Positions 16,610-25,403 of a DNA stretch of 64,000 nt are shown here, piece after piece; within the stretch, counting starts at the first letter, position 1, and every line of letters begins with the position of its first letter. Under the pieces are notes generated by a model. The model was not told the DNA's origin. It saw nothing but the letters and a program-made list of their open reading frames with translations, and ran no database searches. The translations under genes and the position numbers were made by a program. Where the stretch lies: the NCBI GenBank assembly GCA_016716605.1, contig JADJWA010000001.1, positions 2,489,330 through 2,553,329 on the forward strand. Reading direction: 5' to 3'. The DNA is from Flavobacteriales bacterium (lineage in GTDB: Bacteria > Bacteroidota > Bacteroidia > Flavobacteriales_F > PHOS-HE28).

Positions 16610-17737
16610 ATGGCGGACACCCCGATCTACGTCACGCGCACCTTCCTTCCTCCGCAGGAAGAATACATGGCCTTGCTCCATGAGGCCTACGAGAGCCACG
16701 TGCTCACCAACAACGGCCCCTTGCACCGCCGCTTGGAAGGCGCCCTGCGCGAACGGCTCGAAGCACCGCATCTGTTGCTGATGGCCAATGGCACGCTCGC
16801 GATCCAATTGGCTATGCGTGCGCTCGGCGTGAAAGGCGAGGTGATCACCACGCCCTTCAGTTACGTGGCCACCACCAGCGCGATCCTGTGGGAAGGGTGC
16901 GCGCCGGTGTTCGTGGACATCAAGCCCGACACACTCTGCATCGACCCGGAACGGATCGAAGCGGCGATCACGCCCCGCACTTCGGCAATCCTCGCAACGC
17001 ATGTGTACGGCATCCCCTGCGACGTGGAGGCCATCGATGCCATCGCCAAGCGCCACGGCCTGAAGGTGATCTACGATGCCGCCCACGCCTTCGATGTGCG
17101 CTACAAGGGCAGGCCCATCACTTCCTACGGTGATGCCAGCACCTTGAGCTTCCATGCCACCAAGCTCTTCCACACCGTTGAAGGCGGTGCTACCATCGTG
17201 CATACGCCCGAGCTGGAGAAGGCCACCCGCTTGCTGCGCAGCTTCGGCCATGTGAACGACGACCACTTCACGCTGGGCATGAACGCCAAGATGAGCGAGG
17301 TGCACGCCGCCATGGGCCTGGCCGTGCTGCCGCACATGCCTGAGGTGCTGCGCAGCCGGGCGGCGCTTGCTGAGGTGTACTCGGAGGAACTCATCGATGC
17401 CGACATCACGCGCCCGGTGGTTCCGGCCGGCACCGAATACAACCACGCCTACTTCCCGATCCTGCTCCGTGATGGTGCCAAGCGGCAAGGCGTGATCGAG
17501 GCCTTGGCGGCGCATGGCGTCCACGCGCGCCGCTACTTCTACCCTTCGTTGAACACGCTGCCTTATGTCGAGCGAACGGCCATGCCGGTCTCAGAGGACG
17601 CCGCCGACCGCGCGATCTGCCTGCCTTTCTATCCGGGATTGGAGCATTCGGATGCGGAGCGCATCGCCAAGCTCATCCGTCAAGTGGCTGGAAGGCCGCA
17701 AGCAACCACCGCTTCGCCTGCACGGGTGAGGCATTGA
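16610..17737 (+). CDS. DegT/DnrJ/EryC1/StrS family sugar aminotransferase
   Basis: Typical N-terminus IYVTRTFLPPQEEY...VLTNNGP. PLP-lysine context LSFHATKLFHTVEGG. C-terminal ICLPFYPGL. Confidence 0.9.
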   Translation: MADTPIYVTRTFLPPQEEYMALLHEAYESHVLTNNGPLHRRLEGALRERLEAPHLLLMANGTLAIQLAMRALGVKGEVITTPFSYVATTSAILWEGCAPVFVDIKPDTLCIDPERIEAAITPRTSAILATHVYGIPCDVEAIDAIAKRHGLKVIYDAAHAFDVRYKGRPITSYGDASTLSFHATKLFHTVEGGATIVHTPELEKATRLLRSFGHVNDDHFTLGMNAKMSEVHAAMGLAVLPHMPEVLRSRAALAEVYSEELIDADITRPVVPAGTEYNHAYFPILLRDGAKRQGVIEALAAHGVHARRYFYPSLNTLPYVERTAMPVSEDAADRAICLPFYPGLEHSDAERIAKLIRQVAGRPQATTASPARVRH

Positions 17738-17739
17738 CC

Positions 17740-18612
17740 ATGGATCCATACCTGCATTACGATCTGCTCCGGCGCACGCATCGCGCGCTCGCGCTCAAGG
17801 CCATCATCCAGGAACGGATCAAGCCCGGCATGCGCGTGCTCGATGCCGGATGCGGCAGCGGAATCCTGAGCATCTGGGCAGGGCAGGCCGGTGCCGAAGT
17901 GGTCGGCGTGGACCTTGCGGACATCTCCTTGGCGCGTATGCTAGTCGCGGAGAACGGCTTGGCCGACCGCGTGCGGATCATGCAGGGCGACCTCTTCGAA
18001 GTGGATCTCGGCGAACAGCGCTTCGATGCCTTGCTGGCCATGGTGTACCTGAACGACCCGCGCCGCGACGAGGATCGGCCGAAGCTCGTCCACGGCCTCA
18101 AGCGATTCCTGAAGCCCGGAGCGCTCATGGTGCCCGACCGGGTGCGCTATACCGTTGCGGCGCTCGATTGGCCCGCTCAGCGGAGCCCGGCGCGCTGGCA
18201 AAGGGTGGACGACGGCATCGCTGAGTTCGAGCGGATCTATTCCATGCGCATGGGATCATTCAAAGGGCTGCTGCGACAGCGGCCGAACAAATCCGTGTTC
18301 CCGCACCGCGGCCCCGATGGTCTCATCGACCTGTCGGAAGCGAAACGTCTTACGCCGCAGCAGGAGATCATCGTGCAGCAGCTCCGTGACGAGCCTCGAT
18401 CATTCCCGGACCGCATCGTGCTCAGCACGCAGCAGGCCGGTGAACTCAATACGCTGCTCTTCGAGCAGGAACTCTTGTTCATGGACACCCTCATCTTCCG
18501 CAACCAGTCGATCAGTTGGGTCGATCCACCGGTGCAGGTGAGCGCCGCGCAGAGCGTGGAAGCCATGCTTGATGGACGATGGCGCACGGATAACCTGATC
18601 CACGCGCATTGA
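17740..18612 (+). CDS. Class I SAM-dependent methyltransferase (layout reminiscent of PRMT-type enzymes)
   Basis: Motif I VLDAGCGSGILSIWAGQAGAEVVGVD, post-I RVRIMQGDLFEV, ALLAMVYLND. A C-terminal domain of about 150 aa follows the Rossmann fold. ATG 17740 is preferred over TTG 17734. Confidence 0.75.
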   Translation: MDPYLHYDLLRRTHRALALKAIIQERIKPGMRVLDAGCGSGILSIWAGQAGAEVVGVDLADISLARMLVAENGLADRVRIMQGDLFEVDLGEQRFDALLAMVYLNDPRRDEDRPKLVHGLKRFLKPGALMVPDRVRYTVAALDWPAQRSPARWQRVDDGIAEFERIYSMRMGSFKGLLRQRPNKSVFPHRGPDGLIDLSEAKRLTPQQEIIVQQLRDEPRSFPDRIVLSTQQAGELNTLLFEQELLFMDTLIFRNQSISWVDPPVQVSAAQSVEAMLDGRWRTDNLIHAH

Positions 18613-19847
18613 TGCCGATCGCTGACGACTTGGGCCGTGATCGCCTGTGCCAGCTCCTCTCAGGGCACGGCGATTCCATCTACCTGCTCGATACCGAAGC
18701 CTACCGTCGCAACATCCGCGAGTTCTTCACGCAGTTCCGCAAACGCTATCCGCGCATCGGCCTCGGCCATTCATACAAGACCAACTACATCCCGCAGCTC
18801 TGCAAGGCCGCCTATGCGGAAGGAGCGTATGCCGAAGTGGTCTCACGCATGGAGTTCGACATGGCCTTGCGTTTCGGTGCGGCGCCCGAACGAATCATTC
18901 TCAACGGGCCGGTGAAGGATGACGCACTGCTGCGCGATGCCCTGCTCGCTGGGTGCATGGTGAATGTGGACAGCGAAGGTGAGGCGGTGCGCGTAATGGC
19001 CATCGCCGACGCGCATCCGGAAAAGCAGATCGCCTTTGGATTGCGGATGAACCTGCCCATGGATGGACGCCCGCGCTCGCGCTTCGGGATCGATGTGGAT
19101 GCCCGAGGCTTGCCGGACCTGATCGCTGCCATACGCGAGCGGAGCAACCTCGCGATCGAAGGGATCCATTGCCACATCGGCGGAGATCGGAGCGCCGCGA
19201 GCTACGCCGAGCGCACCGATCGCATGATAAAAGCGTCGAAGTGGATCTTCCACCGCACGAAGCCCCGCTACATAGACGTAGGCGGTGGGCTGGCGGGTCG
19301 CATGCCCGACGAATTGAAGTCGCAGCTGGCCAAAGAGCCGCCCAGCCTCGATTATTATGCTGAGGCCATAGCAGGTTCCTTCTCCAGTTCATTCCCCGAT
19401 GATGGTCCCGAGTTGATCGTGGAGCCCGGCATGGGCATCCTGGCCGATGTGGTCTGGTTCGCCTGCGAAGTGGCCAGCACCAAGCGCATCGGGGATCAGC
19501 TGCATGCCATCGTCACGGGCAGCATCTACAACCTGAAGCCCACGCTCAATTCCTTCGACCTGCCCTTCACGGTGCTGCCTAAGCCCGGCGTGGCGCGCGA
19601 GAAGGGGGAGTGGTGCGTGAGCGGCTACACCTGCATGGAGATCGATGTGATCCACAAGGGCTGGAAGGGCGCGCTCGCCGAAGGTGACATCCTGCTCTTC
19701 GGCAACGCAGGCGCCTATACGGTGGTGCTCAAGCCGCCCTTCATCAAGGCAGCGCCCGCCATCGTTGAGCTGCACGCCGACGGGACAGCCACGTGCGTGA
19801 AGGCTGCCGAGACGCTCGATGACGTGCTGAGCACTTACCGCTGGTAG
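18612..19847 (+). CDS. PLP-dependent decarboxylase, Orn/DAP/Arg decarboxylase (fold-type III) family
   Basis: PLP-lysine context GLGHSYKTNYIP, HCHIGG, and a C-terminal beta-barrel segment CVSGYTCMEIDV...GAYTVVLKPPF. TGATG overlap with the upstream gene. Confidence 0.85.
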   Translation: MPIADDLGRDRLCQLLSGHGDSIYLLDTEAYRRNIREFFTQFRKRYPRIGLGHSYKTNYIPQLCKAAYAEGAYAEVVSRMEFDMALRFGAAPERIILNGPVKDDALLRDALLAGCMVNVDSEGEAVRVMAIADAHPEKQIAFGLRMNLPMDGRPRSRFGIDVDARGLPDLIAAIRERSNLAIEGIHCHIGGDRSAASYAERTDRMIKASKWIFHRTKPRYIDVGGGLAGRMPDELKSQLAKEPPSLDYYAEAIAGSFSSSFPDDGPELIVEPGMGILADVVWFACEVASTKRIGDQLHAIVTGSIYNLKPTLNSFDLPFTVLPKPGVAREKGEWCVSGYTCMEIDVIHKGWKGALAEGDILLFGNAGAYTVVLKPPFIKAAPAIVELHADGTATCVKAAETLDDVLSTYRW

Positions 19848-19874
19848 TCGGAACGCGCGCCGCATCTTCGCGGC

Positions 19875-20897
19875 ATGAACCTGCTCTTCTCCTGCATCGG
19901 CAAGCGCGGCTACATGGCGCGCCTGTTCCGTGAGCAGCTCGGGCCAGATGATCGCATCATCGGCACCAGCAACACGCGCTGGACGCCCGGCTTCAACGCC
20001 TGCGACAAGGGCGTGCTCATGCCCGACCTCAATTCGCCGGAGTACATCCCCGCCGTGCTCGAGCTCTGCAGGCGCGAGCGCATCGATGGCCTGCTCTCCT
20101 TCTTCGACATGGATGTGCACCGGCTCAGCAAGCACGTCCACGAGTTCGAGGCGATCGGCGTGAAGTGCTTCATCCCGCGCGCTGAGGCCGCTGATATCTG
20201 CTTCGACAAGTGGCGCACCTTCCAATTCCTGCGCGCCAATGGATTCGAGACCGCAGAGACCTGGCTCGACCTTGTGAGCGTGAAGCGCGCCATGGAAGAA
20301 GGCGCACTCGCTTTCCCGGTGTACGTGAAGCCGCGTTCCGGATTCGGCAGCCGCAACACCTTCAAGGCCCGCAATTGGAAGGAATTGGAGGTCTTCTTCG
20401 ACCTGGAGCCTGACATGATCGTGCAGGAAACGCTGGGCGGCGACGCCTACGACTTCGATATCCTCAACGACCTGAATGGCCGCGCCATCAGCGTGGTGTG
20501 CTGGCGGAAATCGCTCAGCCGCATGGGCGAGACCGAGCAGGCCGTCACGGTGCACGATGAGCAGATCACGGAGGTCGGCCTGCGTCTGGCCAATACCCTC
20601 GGCTTCGTTGGCCCATTGGATGCCGATCTCTTCCTCTGGAACGGCAAGGTTTACGTGCTTGAGATCAACCTGCGCTTCGGCGGCGGTTATCCCACCTCGC
20701 ACCTGGCGGGCGCTGCCTTCCCGAAAGCAATCATGCAGATGATCACCGGCGAGCCGGTCACCATCAAGCAAGGCGATTACAAGGCAGGCGTGGTGATGAT
20801 GAAGGAGCTGCACATCCTCGGCGGCGAGGAGCAGTCGTTCTTCCAGGAGCGTATCCATGTGGATGAAAGCCTGCGGACGCCATCCGTTTCCCACTGA
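19875..20897 (+). CDS. ATP-grasp domain ligase
   Basis: FPVYVKPRSGFGSRNTFKA, MIVQETLGGDAYDFDIL, YVLEINLRFGGGYP (ATP-grasp B and C subdomain motifs). Confidence 0.85.
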   Translation: MNLLFSCIGKRGYMARLFREQLGPDDRIIGTSNTRWTPGFNACDKGVLMPDLNSPEYIPAVLELCRRERIDGLLSFFDMDVHRLSKHVHEFEAIGVKCFIPRAEAADICFDKWRTFQFLRANGFETAETWLDLVSVKRAMEEGALAFPVYVKPRSGFGSRNTFKARNWKELEVFFDLEPDMIVQETLGGDAYDFDILNDLNGRAISVVCWRKSLSRMGETEQAVTVHDEQITEVGLRLANTLGFVGPLDADLFLWNGKVYVLEINLRFGGGYPTSHLAGAAFPKAIMQMITGEPVTIKQGDYKAGVVMMKELHILGGEEQSFFQERIHVDESLRTPSVSH

Positions 20898-20899
20898 AC

Positions 20900-21913
20900 A
20901 TGGACCCCATCCGCACGGAGGCCTTCCAGCGCAACGACAGCCTTGAGGCGCTGCTGCGCGAGTTGAATGATGCGCTTGGCGGTGCGGAGGAACGGTTGGC
21001 GGCCTTGCCGGATGAGCCGCCCTACCCCACGATCCTCATCATCGGCGCGCCGCGCAGCGGCACCACCTTGCTCATGCAATGGCTGGCGGCCAGCGGGCTG
21101 GTGGCCTTCCCGAGCAATCTCCTCTCGCGATTCTACCAAGCACCTTACCTCGGCGCGCGCATCCAGCAGCTGATTGCCGATCCGCGCTTCAATTACAAGG
21201 ACGAGCTCAGTGGCTTGTTGGGCGCTCCTGCGGAATTCGCGAGCGAAGTGGGCAAGACCAAAGGCGCGCTTCAGCCCAACGAGTTCTGGTACTTCTGGCG
21301 GCGCTTCATACCGAACGTCGATCCGGAATGGATCACGCCCGAGCAGGAGGACTTGATCGATGGCGCTGGCTTCCGTCGCGGCATCGCGCACATCCAGCAT
21401 GCTTTCGGAAAGCCATTCGCCACCAAGGGAATCATCCTCCAATACAATCTGGAGGCGCTGCGACGGGCCTTGGGCAAGGTGATCTTCGTGCATACCCGGC
21501 GGAATGCGTTCTTCAACACGCAATCGCTCCTGCAGGCCAGGGTGAAGTACCATGGCAGCATCGACACCTGGTTCAGCGTGAAGCCGCGCGAGTACGAAGA
21601 GCTGCGCAAGCGTGATCCGGTGGAGCAAGTGGCCGGTCAGGTGATCCTGACGCAGCGCCATATCGAGGAACAATTGGCCAGCATGCCAGCGGAGCATGTG
21701 CTCACCATTGACCACGAAGCGTTCTGCGCCGACCCCGCGGCTTTCCATGCGGCGCTTGGTGCGAAGCTCAAGCAATGGGGCTGCGAATGGCCGGATGCAT
21801 ACACGGGCCCTGCGCGTTTCGAGGTCAGTGATCGCGTCCGAGTGGATGATGCCATGCGGGCGCGGATCATGGAGGCGTGCAAATGGCTCGAGGGCGCTTA
21901 TCCGAGCATCTGA
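20900..21913 (+). CDS. Sulfotransferase family protein
   Basis: 5'-PSB-like loop ILIIGAPRSGTTLLMQWL and 3'-PB-like FVHTRRNAFFNTQSLL. Confidence 0.75.
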   Translation: MDPIRTEAFQRNDSLEALLRELNDALGGAEERLAALPDEPPYPTILIIGAPRSGTTLLMQWLAASGLVAFPSNLLSRFYQAPYLGARIQQLIADPRFNYKDELSGLLGAPAEFASEVGKTKGALQPNEFWYFWRRFIPNVDPEWITPEQEDLIDGAGFRRGIAHIQHAFGKPFATKGIILQYNLEALRRALGKVIFVHTRRNAFFNTQSLLQARVKYHGSIDTWFSVKPREYEELRKRDPVEQVAGQVILTQRHIEEQLASMPAEHVLTIDHEAFCADPAAFHAALGAKLKQWGCEWPDAYTGPARFEVSDRVRVDDAMRARIMEACKWLEGAYPSI

Positions 21914-21919
21914 TCGATC

Positions 21920-22909
21920 ATGGATGCGATCGATGGCCGTTCCGCCGAGGCCCCATTGGTCTCCATCTCCATCACGACATACCAGCACGCCGAGTACCTC
22001 GCGCAATGCCTCGACAGCATCCTCGCGCAGCAATGCCCATTCGCTTACGAGGTGCTCTTGGGCGAGGACGATAGTTCGGATGGCACGCGCGCCATTGCCC
22101 AGCGCTATGCCGCGGAGCACCCGGACAGGATCCGCCTCTTCCTGCACCGGCGCGATCAGATGATCCGCATCGATGGGCGGCCTACGGGAAGGCACAACTT
22201 CCTCAACAACCTGCGCCACGCGCGCGGCCGCTACTTATGCCACATCGACGGCGACGACTACTGGCCCGATCCGCAGCGGCTGCGCATCATGGTGGAGAAG
22301 ATGGAGGCGGAGCCCGACCTGGGACTGGCCTTCCACAATGCGATGAATGTGTGGGACGATGGACGGGAGCAGCCCTACTTCGATCCCGCCAAGGCCAAGC
22401 CGCGCTTCACCCTCGAAGAGCTCACCGAGGCCAACTTCATCCCGACCTCCGGTGTGATTTGGCGCTGGGAGGGAATGCAGGCGTTCCCGGAAGCCTTTCG
22501 CACCGCGCCCTTCGGCGATTGGGCGCTCAACGTGCATTTCGCGATGAAGGGCCCGATCGGTTACGTTGACCGGATCATGAGCGTGCGCCGGGTGCACGAA
22601 GGCGGGATCATGAGCGTGATGGGCGAGTTGCGCACCATGCGCGGCATCGCGCTGGCGTATGAAGTGATGCATGGGCAGGCCGGCGACCGGCTCGCGCCAG
22701 CCGCCCTGGTCCGCTGGGCCAAGCAGATCACCGATGGCTTCGATCGCGCGATGCACGCCGGCGATCGCGAGAACGCCGCATGGTTCCTTGCGCATGCCGG
22801 GCGCGTGCCGCATGGCCATATCAGCCTCCGCCTTCGCGCGCGCTGGTGGTTGCAACTGCACTTTCCGAGGCTGATGCGCGCCTATGGTGCTTGGCGCAAG
22901 GGTCACTGA
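21920..22909 (+). CDS. Family 2 glycosyltransferase
   Basis: VSISITTYQHAEYLAQCLDSILAQ, EVLLGEDDSSDGT, DXD-type HIDGDDYW. Confidence 0.85.
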   Translation: MDAIDGRSAEAPLVSISITTYQHAEYLAQCLDSILAQQCPFAYEVLLGEDDSSDGTRAIAQRYAAEHPDRIRLFLHRRDQMIRIDGRPTGRHNFLNNLRHARGRYLCHIDGDDYWPDPQRLRIMVEKMEAEPDLGLAFHNAMNVWDDGREQPYFDPAKAKPRFTLEELTEANFIPTSGVIWRWEGMQAFPEAFRTAPFGDWALNVHFAMKGPIGYVDRIMSVRRVHEGGIMSVMGELRTMRGIALAYEVMHGQAGDRLAPAALVRWAKQITDGFDRAMHAGDRENAAWFLAHAGRVPHGHISLRLRARWWLQLHFPRLMRAYGAWRKGH

Positions 22910-22935
22910 ATGGTGCTTCGGGACTCCGCAGGCGA

Positions 22936-23844
22936 TCAAAGGCCGAGGGTATCGGCGAGTATCGCGGTGAGCTTGCGGTTGCCCGCAGCGCTCACGTGAT
23001 CGCTGTTGCTGAAGTCCCCTTCGAGGAAGCGCGGGTCATCGGACAGGTCGTGGTAGCTGACATGGCCGTGCCGGTGCGCGAGATCGCGGCCGATGGCCCG
23101 GGCCAACCGCAGCTGGCGATCATCCACTTCCTTGAGGTAGGCTGGATGCATCGGTGGGAAGAACAGGTGGACCCGCGCATCGTGCAAGGCCGCGAGCGCG
23201 ATGATGGCTTCCAAGTGGTTCAGATTCCGCAGGATCCGTTCATGGTCGCTGCAGGTATGCCGGTCAGCGGTCTTCTTGGCGTCGGCAAGGAGATCCAATC
23301 CGGGCTTCGGCCGGTTGAATGCGCCACCGAGATCCCCGCAGCTGCGGTTGTCCAAGCCATGCAATAGGTGATCGCGCAGCATGGCCAGCAGCACCGGCTT
23401 GCGGTTGTTGAGCAGTTCGAAGCGATGGTCGAGCCGGGAGGCTTGCTCGGGCATGTCCATGTGGATCACATAGTTCTTCACGCGCCACGGCTCGCGGCCA
23501 TGCTCGATGCTGGCGCCGATGGAGGCATAGGAGACCGGGATGATGATGGACCGCAGTTGGGGCAGATGACCGATGCACTGCTCCGCGATCGCGAGATCGC
23601 GCCGATGGTCCTGACTGATGTTCGCGGCATTGTAGGCAGGGCTGCTGAATCCCCGGGGATCAATGCCGTTGTATGCATGCGAGTTGCCCAGGATCAGCAG
23701 CTCGATGCTGTCGCCGCGCTGGGTCAGGAGGTCGTGCGTGTACCGGTAATCGTTCGGGATCCTCCGCAAGGCGATCTCGGTGAGCGCTATCACCACCAGC
23801 AGGGGGAGCAGGAATAGCGAGGCACGGCGCAGGTACTGCTTCAT
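22936..23844 (-). CDS. Membrane-anchored SGNH/DltD/AlgX-like putative acyl-transfer partner of the MBOAT
   Basis: N-terminal TM segment (LFLLPLLVVIALTEIAL). LILGNSHA replaces the GDS(L) block, and a distal NSDHVSAAG resembles a DxxH block. It lies 3 nt downstream of the MBOAT gene on the same strand. The family call is tentative. Confidence 0.55.
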   Translation of the reverse strand: MKQYLRRASLFLLPLLVVIALTEIALRRIPNDYRYTHDLLTQRGDSIELLILGNSHAYNGIDPRGFSSPAYNAANISQDHRRDLAIAEQCIGHLPQLRSIIIPVSYASIGASIEHGREPWRVKNYVIHMDMPEQASRLDHRFELLNNRKPVLLAMLRDHLLHGLDNRSCGDLGGAFNRPKPGLDLLADAKKTADRHTCSDHERILRNLNHLEAIIALAALHDARVHLFFPPMHPAYLKEVDDRQLRLARAIGRDLAHRHGHVSYHDLSDDPRFLEGDFSNSDHVSAAGNRKLTAILADTLGL

Positions 23845-23847
23845 GCT

Positions 23848-25299
23848 TCAGAACTGGAAGTAGATGAAGGAGACCTCACGGCCGGTGTGCACGAGCGACG
23901 CGATCGCGAGCGCATAGTACACGGCCCACCGGATGCTGCGCGGAAGCGTACGTTCAATCGCCGCCAGCCCATGCGCGTGGCTTCGCTGCAACCATTCGAC
24001 GGCAAGCATCGCCCAAACGAAAGGCATGGGCCCACGGGTGAGAAGGTCCCGGGCAAGCAGCGCCAATTGGCCGGGGTGGGTGGCCAGGCCTGTCGGGATC
24101 CGTTGAACGATCTCCAATGCTGTGGATAGGTCAGGGGCGCGGAAGAAGATCCACGCCAAATCCACCAGGGCGAAGGTGATGATCATGCGCAGTGCATCGC
24201 CCGGGGAGGGTAGCCAGCCTTCGGGCGCGGACAATCGTTTGCGGTTGGTTCCCTGCAGGAGCAGCGGAAGGAAGAACAAGGCATGGAGCGCGCCCCATGC
24301 CACGAAGGTGTAGTTGGCGCCATGCCAGAAGCCGCTCACCAGGAAGATGATGAAGGTGTTTCGAACGCGGTTGCTCATCGACCCTTGGCTCCCGCCCAAG
24401 GGGATGTAGAGGTAGTCGCGGAACCAGGTGCTCAGCGAGATGTGCCACCGTCGCCAGAACTCAGCGATGTCCCGTGCGAAATAGGGGTACGCGAAATTCC
24501 GCATCAGCGAGATGCCGAAGAGCCGGGCCGCTCCGATGGCGATGTCGGAGTACCCGCTGAAATCACCGTAGATCTGGAAGGCGAAGAGGATGGCGGCGAA
24601 GGCGAGCTCACCGCCGCCGCTCGCTGCATGGTCGTTGAAGATCCGGTCAACGATCGGGGCGCATTGGTCGGCGATCACGATCTTCTTGAAGAAGCCCCAG
24701 AGCATCTGCCGGGAGCCATCGATGGCCTGGGTGTAATCGAACACCCGCCTCTTCTGGAATTGCGGCAACAAGGCTGTGCCGCGCTCGATGGGGCCCGCCA
24801 CCAGCTGCGGGAAGAACATCAGGTATGCGCCGAAGGCCACAGGGTCACGCTCGGCGCGCAGCTGCCCGCGGTACACATCGATGGTGTAGCTCAGGCTCTG
24901 GAAGGTGTAGAAGCTGATTCCCACCGGCAGCACGATGCCCAGCGTGGTTGGGCTGAATGGCTGTCCGAAAAGGGTGAAGGCATCGCTGAAGGCCGTGATG
25001 AAGAAATCCCAGTACTTGAAGAAGCCCAATGAGCCCAGGTTGCCGATCAGGCTTGCTGCGAGCCATTGCTTCCGGCCACGAGGGCTTTTCGCGTGCGCGA
25101 TGCCGAGTGCGGCCACGTAATCCAAGGCGCCGCTGAAGAACACCAGCCCAAGGAAGCGCCAGTCCCACCAGCCGTAGAAGAACATGCTGGCCGCCAGCAG
25201 CCAGAGGTTGCCCAAGCGGTGCGAGCGCCGATCAAGGGGCCAGAACAGCAGCAGCACCAAAGGCAGGAATGCCGCGAATTCGATCGAGTTGAACAGCAT
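23848..25299 (-). CDS. MBOAT family O-acyltransferase (AlgI/DltB-like)
   Basis: MLFNSIEFAAFLPLVLLLFW start, WRRWHISLSTWFRDYLYIPLGGS, and the conserved His context LVSGFWHGANYTF. Confidence 0.9.
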   Translation of the reverse strand: MLFNSIEFAAFLPLVLLLFWPLDRRSHRLGNLWLLAASMFFYGWWDWRFLGLVFFSGALDYVAALGIAHAKSPRGRKQWLAASLIGNLGSLGFFKYWDFFITAFSDAFTLFGQPFSPTTLGIVLPVGISFYTFQSLSYTIDVYRGQLRAERDPVAFGAYLMFFPQLVAGPIERGTALLPQFQKRRVFDYTQAIDGSRQMLWGFFKKIVIADQCAPIVDRIFNDHAASGGGELAFAAILFAFQIYGDFSGYSDIAIGAARLFGISLMRNFAYPYFARDIAEFWRRWHISLSTWFRDYLYIPLGGSQGSMSNRVRNTFIIFLVSGFWHGANYTFVAWGALHALFFLPLLLQGTNRKRLSAPEGWLPSPGDALRMIITFALVDLAWIFFRAPDLSTALEIVQRIPTGLATHPGQLALLARDLLTRGPMPFVWAMLAVEWLQRSHAHGLAAIERTLPRSIRWAVYYALAIASLVHTGREVSFIYFQF

Positions 25300-25403
25300 G
25301 CCTGGTCGCCGCTACAGCGGCGCGAAGAAAGCGAGCCGGGATACACCGGCTCAAACGGACGCAGCATGGAGATCGGTTGGATGCGCACCTTTGCCGACCT
25401 GAA

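Noticed and set aside
19389-22219. Minus-strand ORFs of 501 and 480 aa opposite the ATP-grasp, sulfotransferase and GT2 genes.
   Set aside because: Antisense shadow ORFs in high-GC DNA. They span several plus-strand genes that each have clear family motifs.
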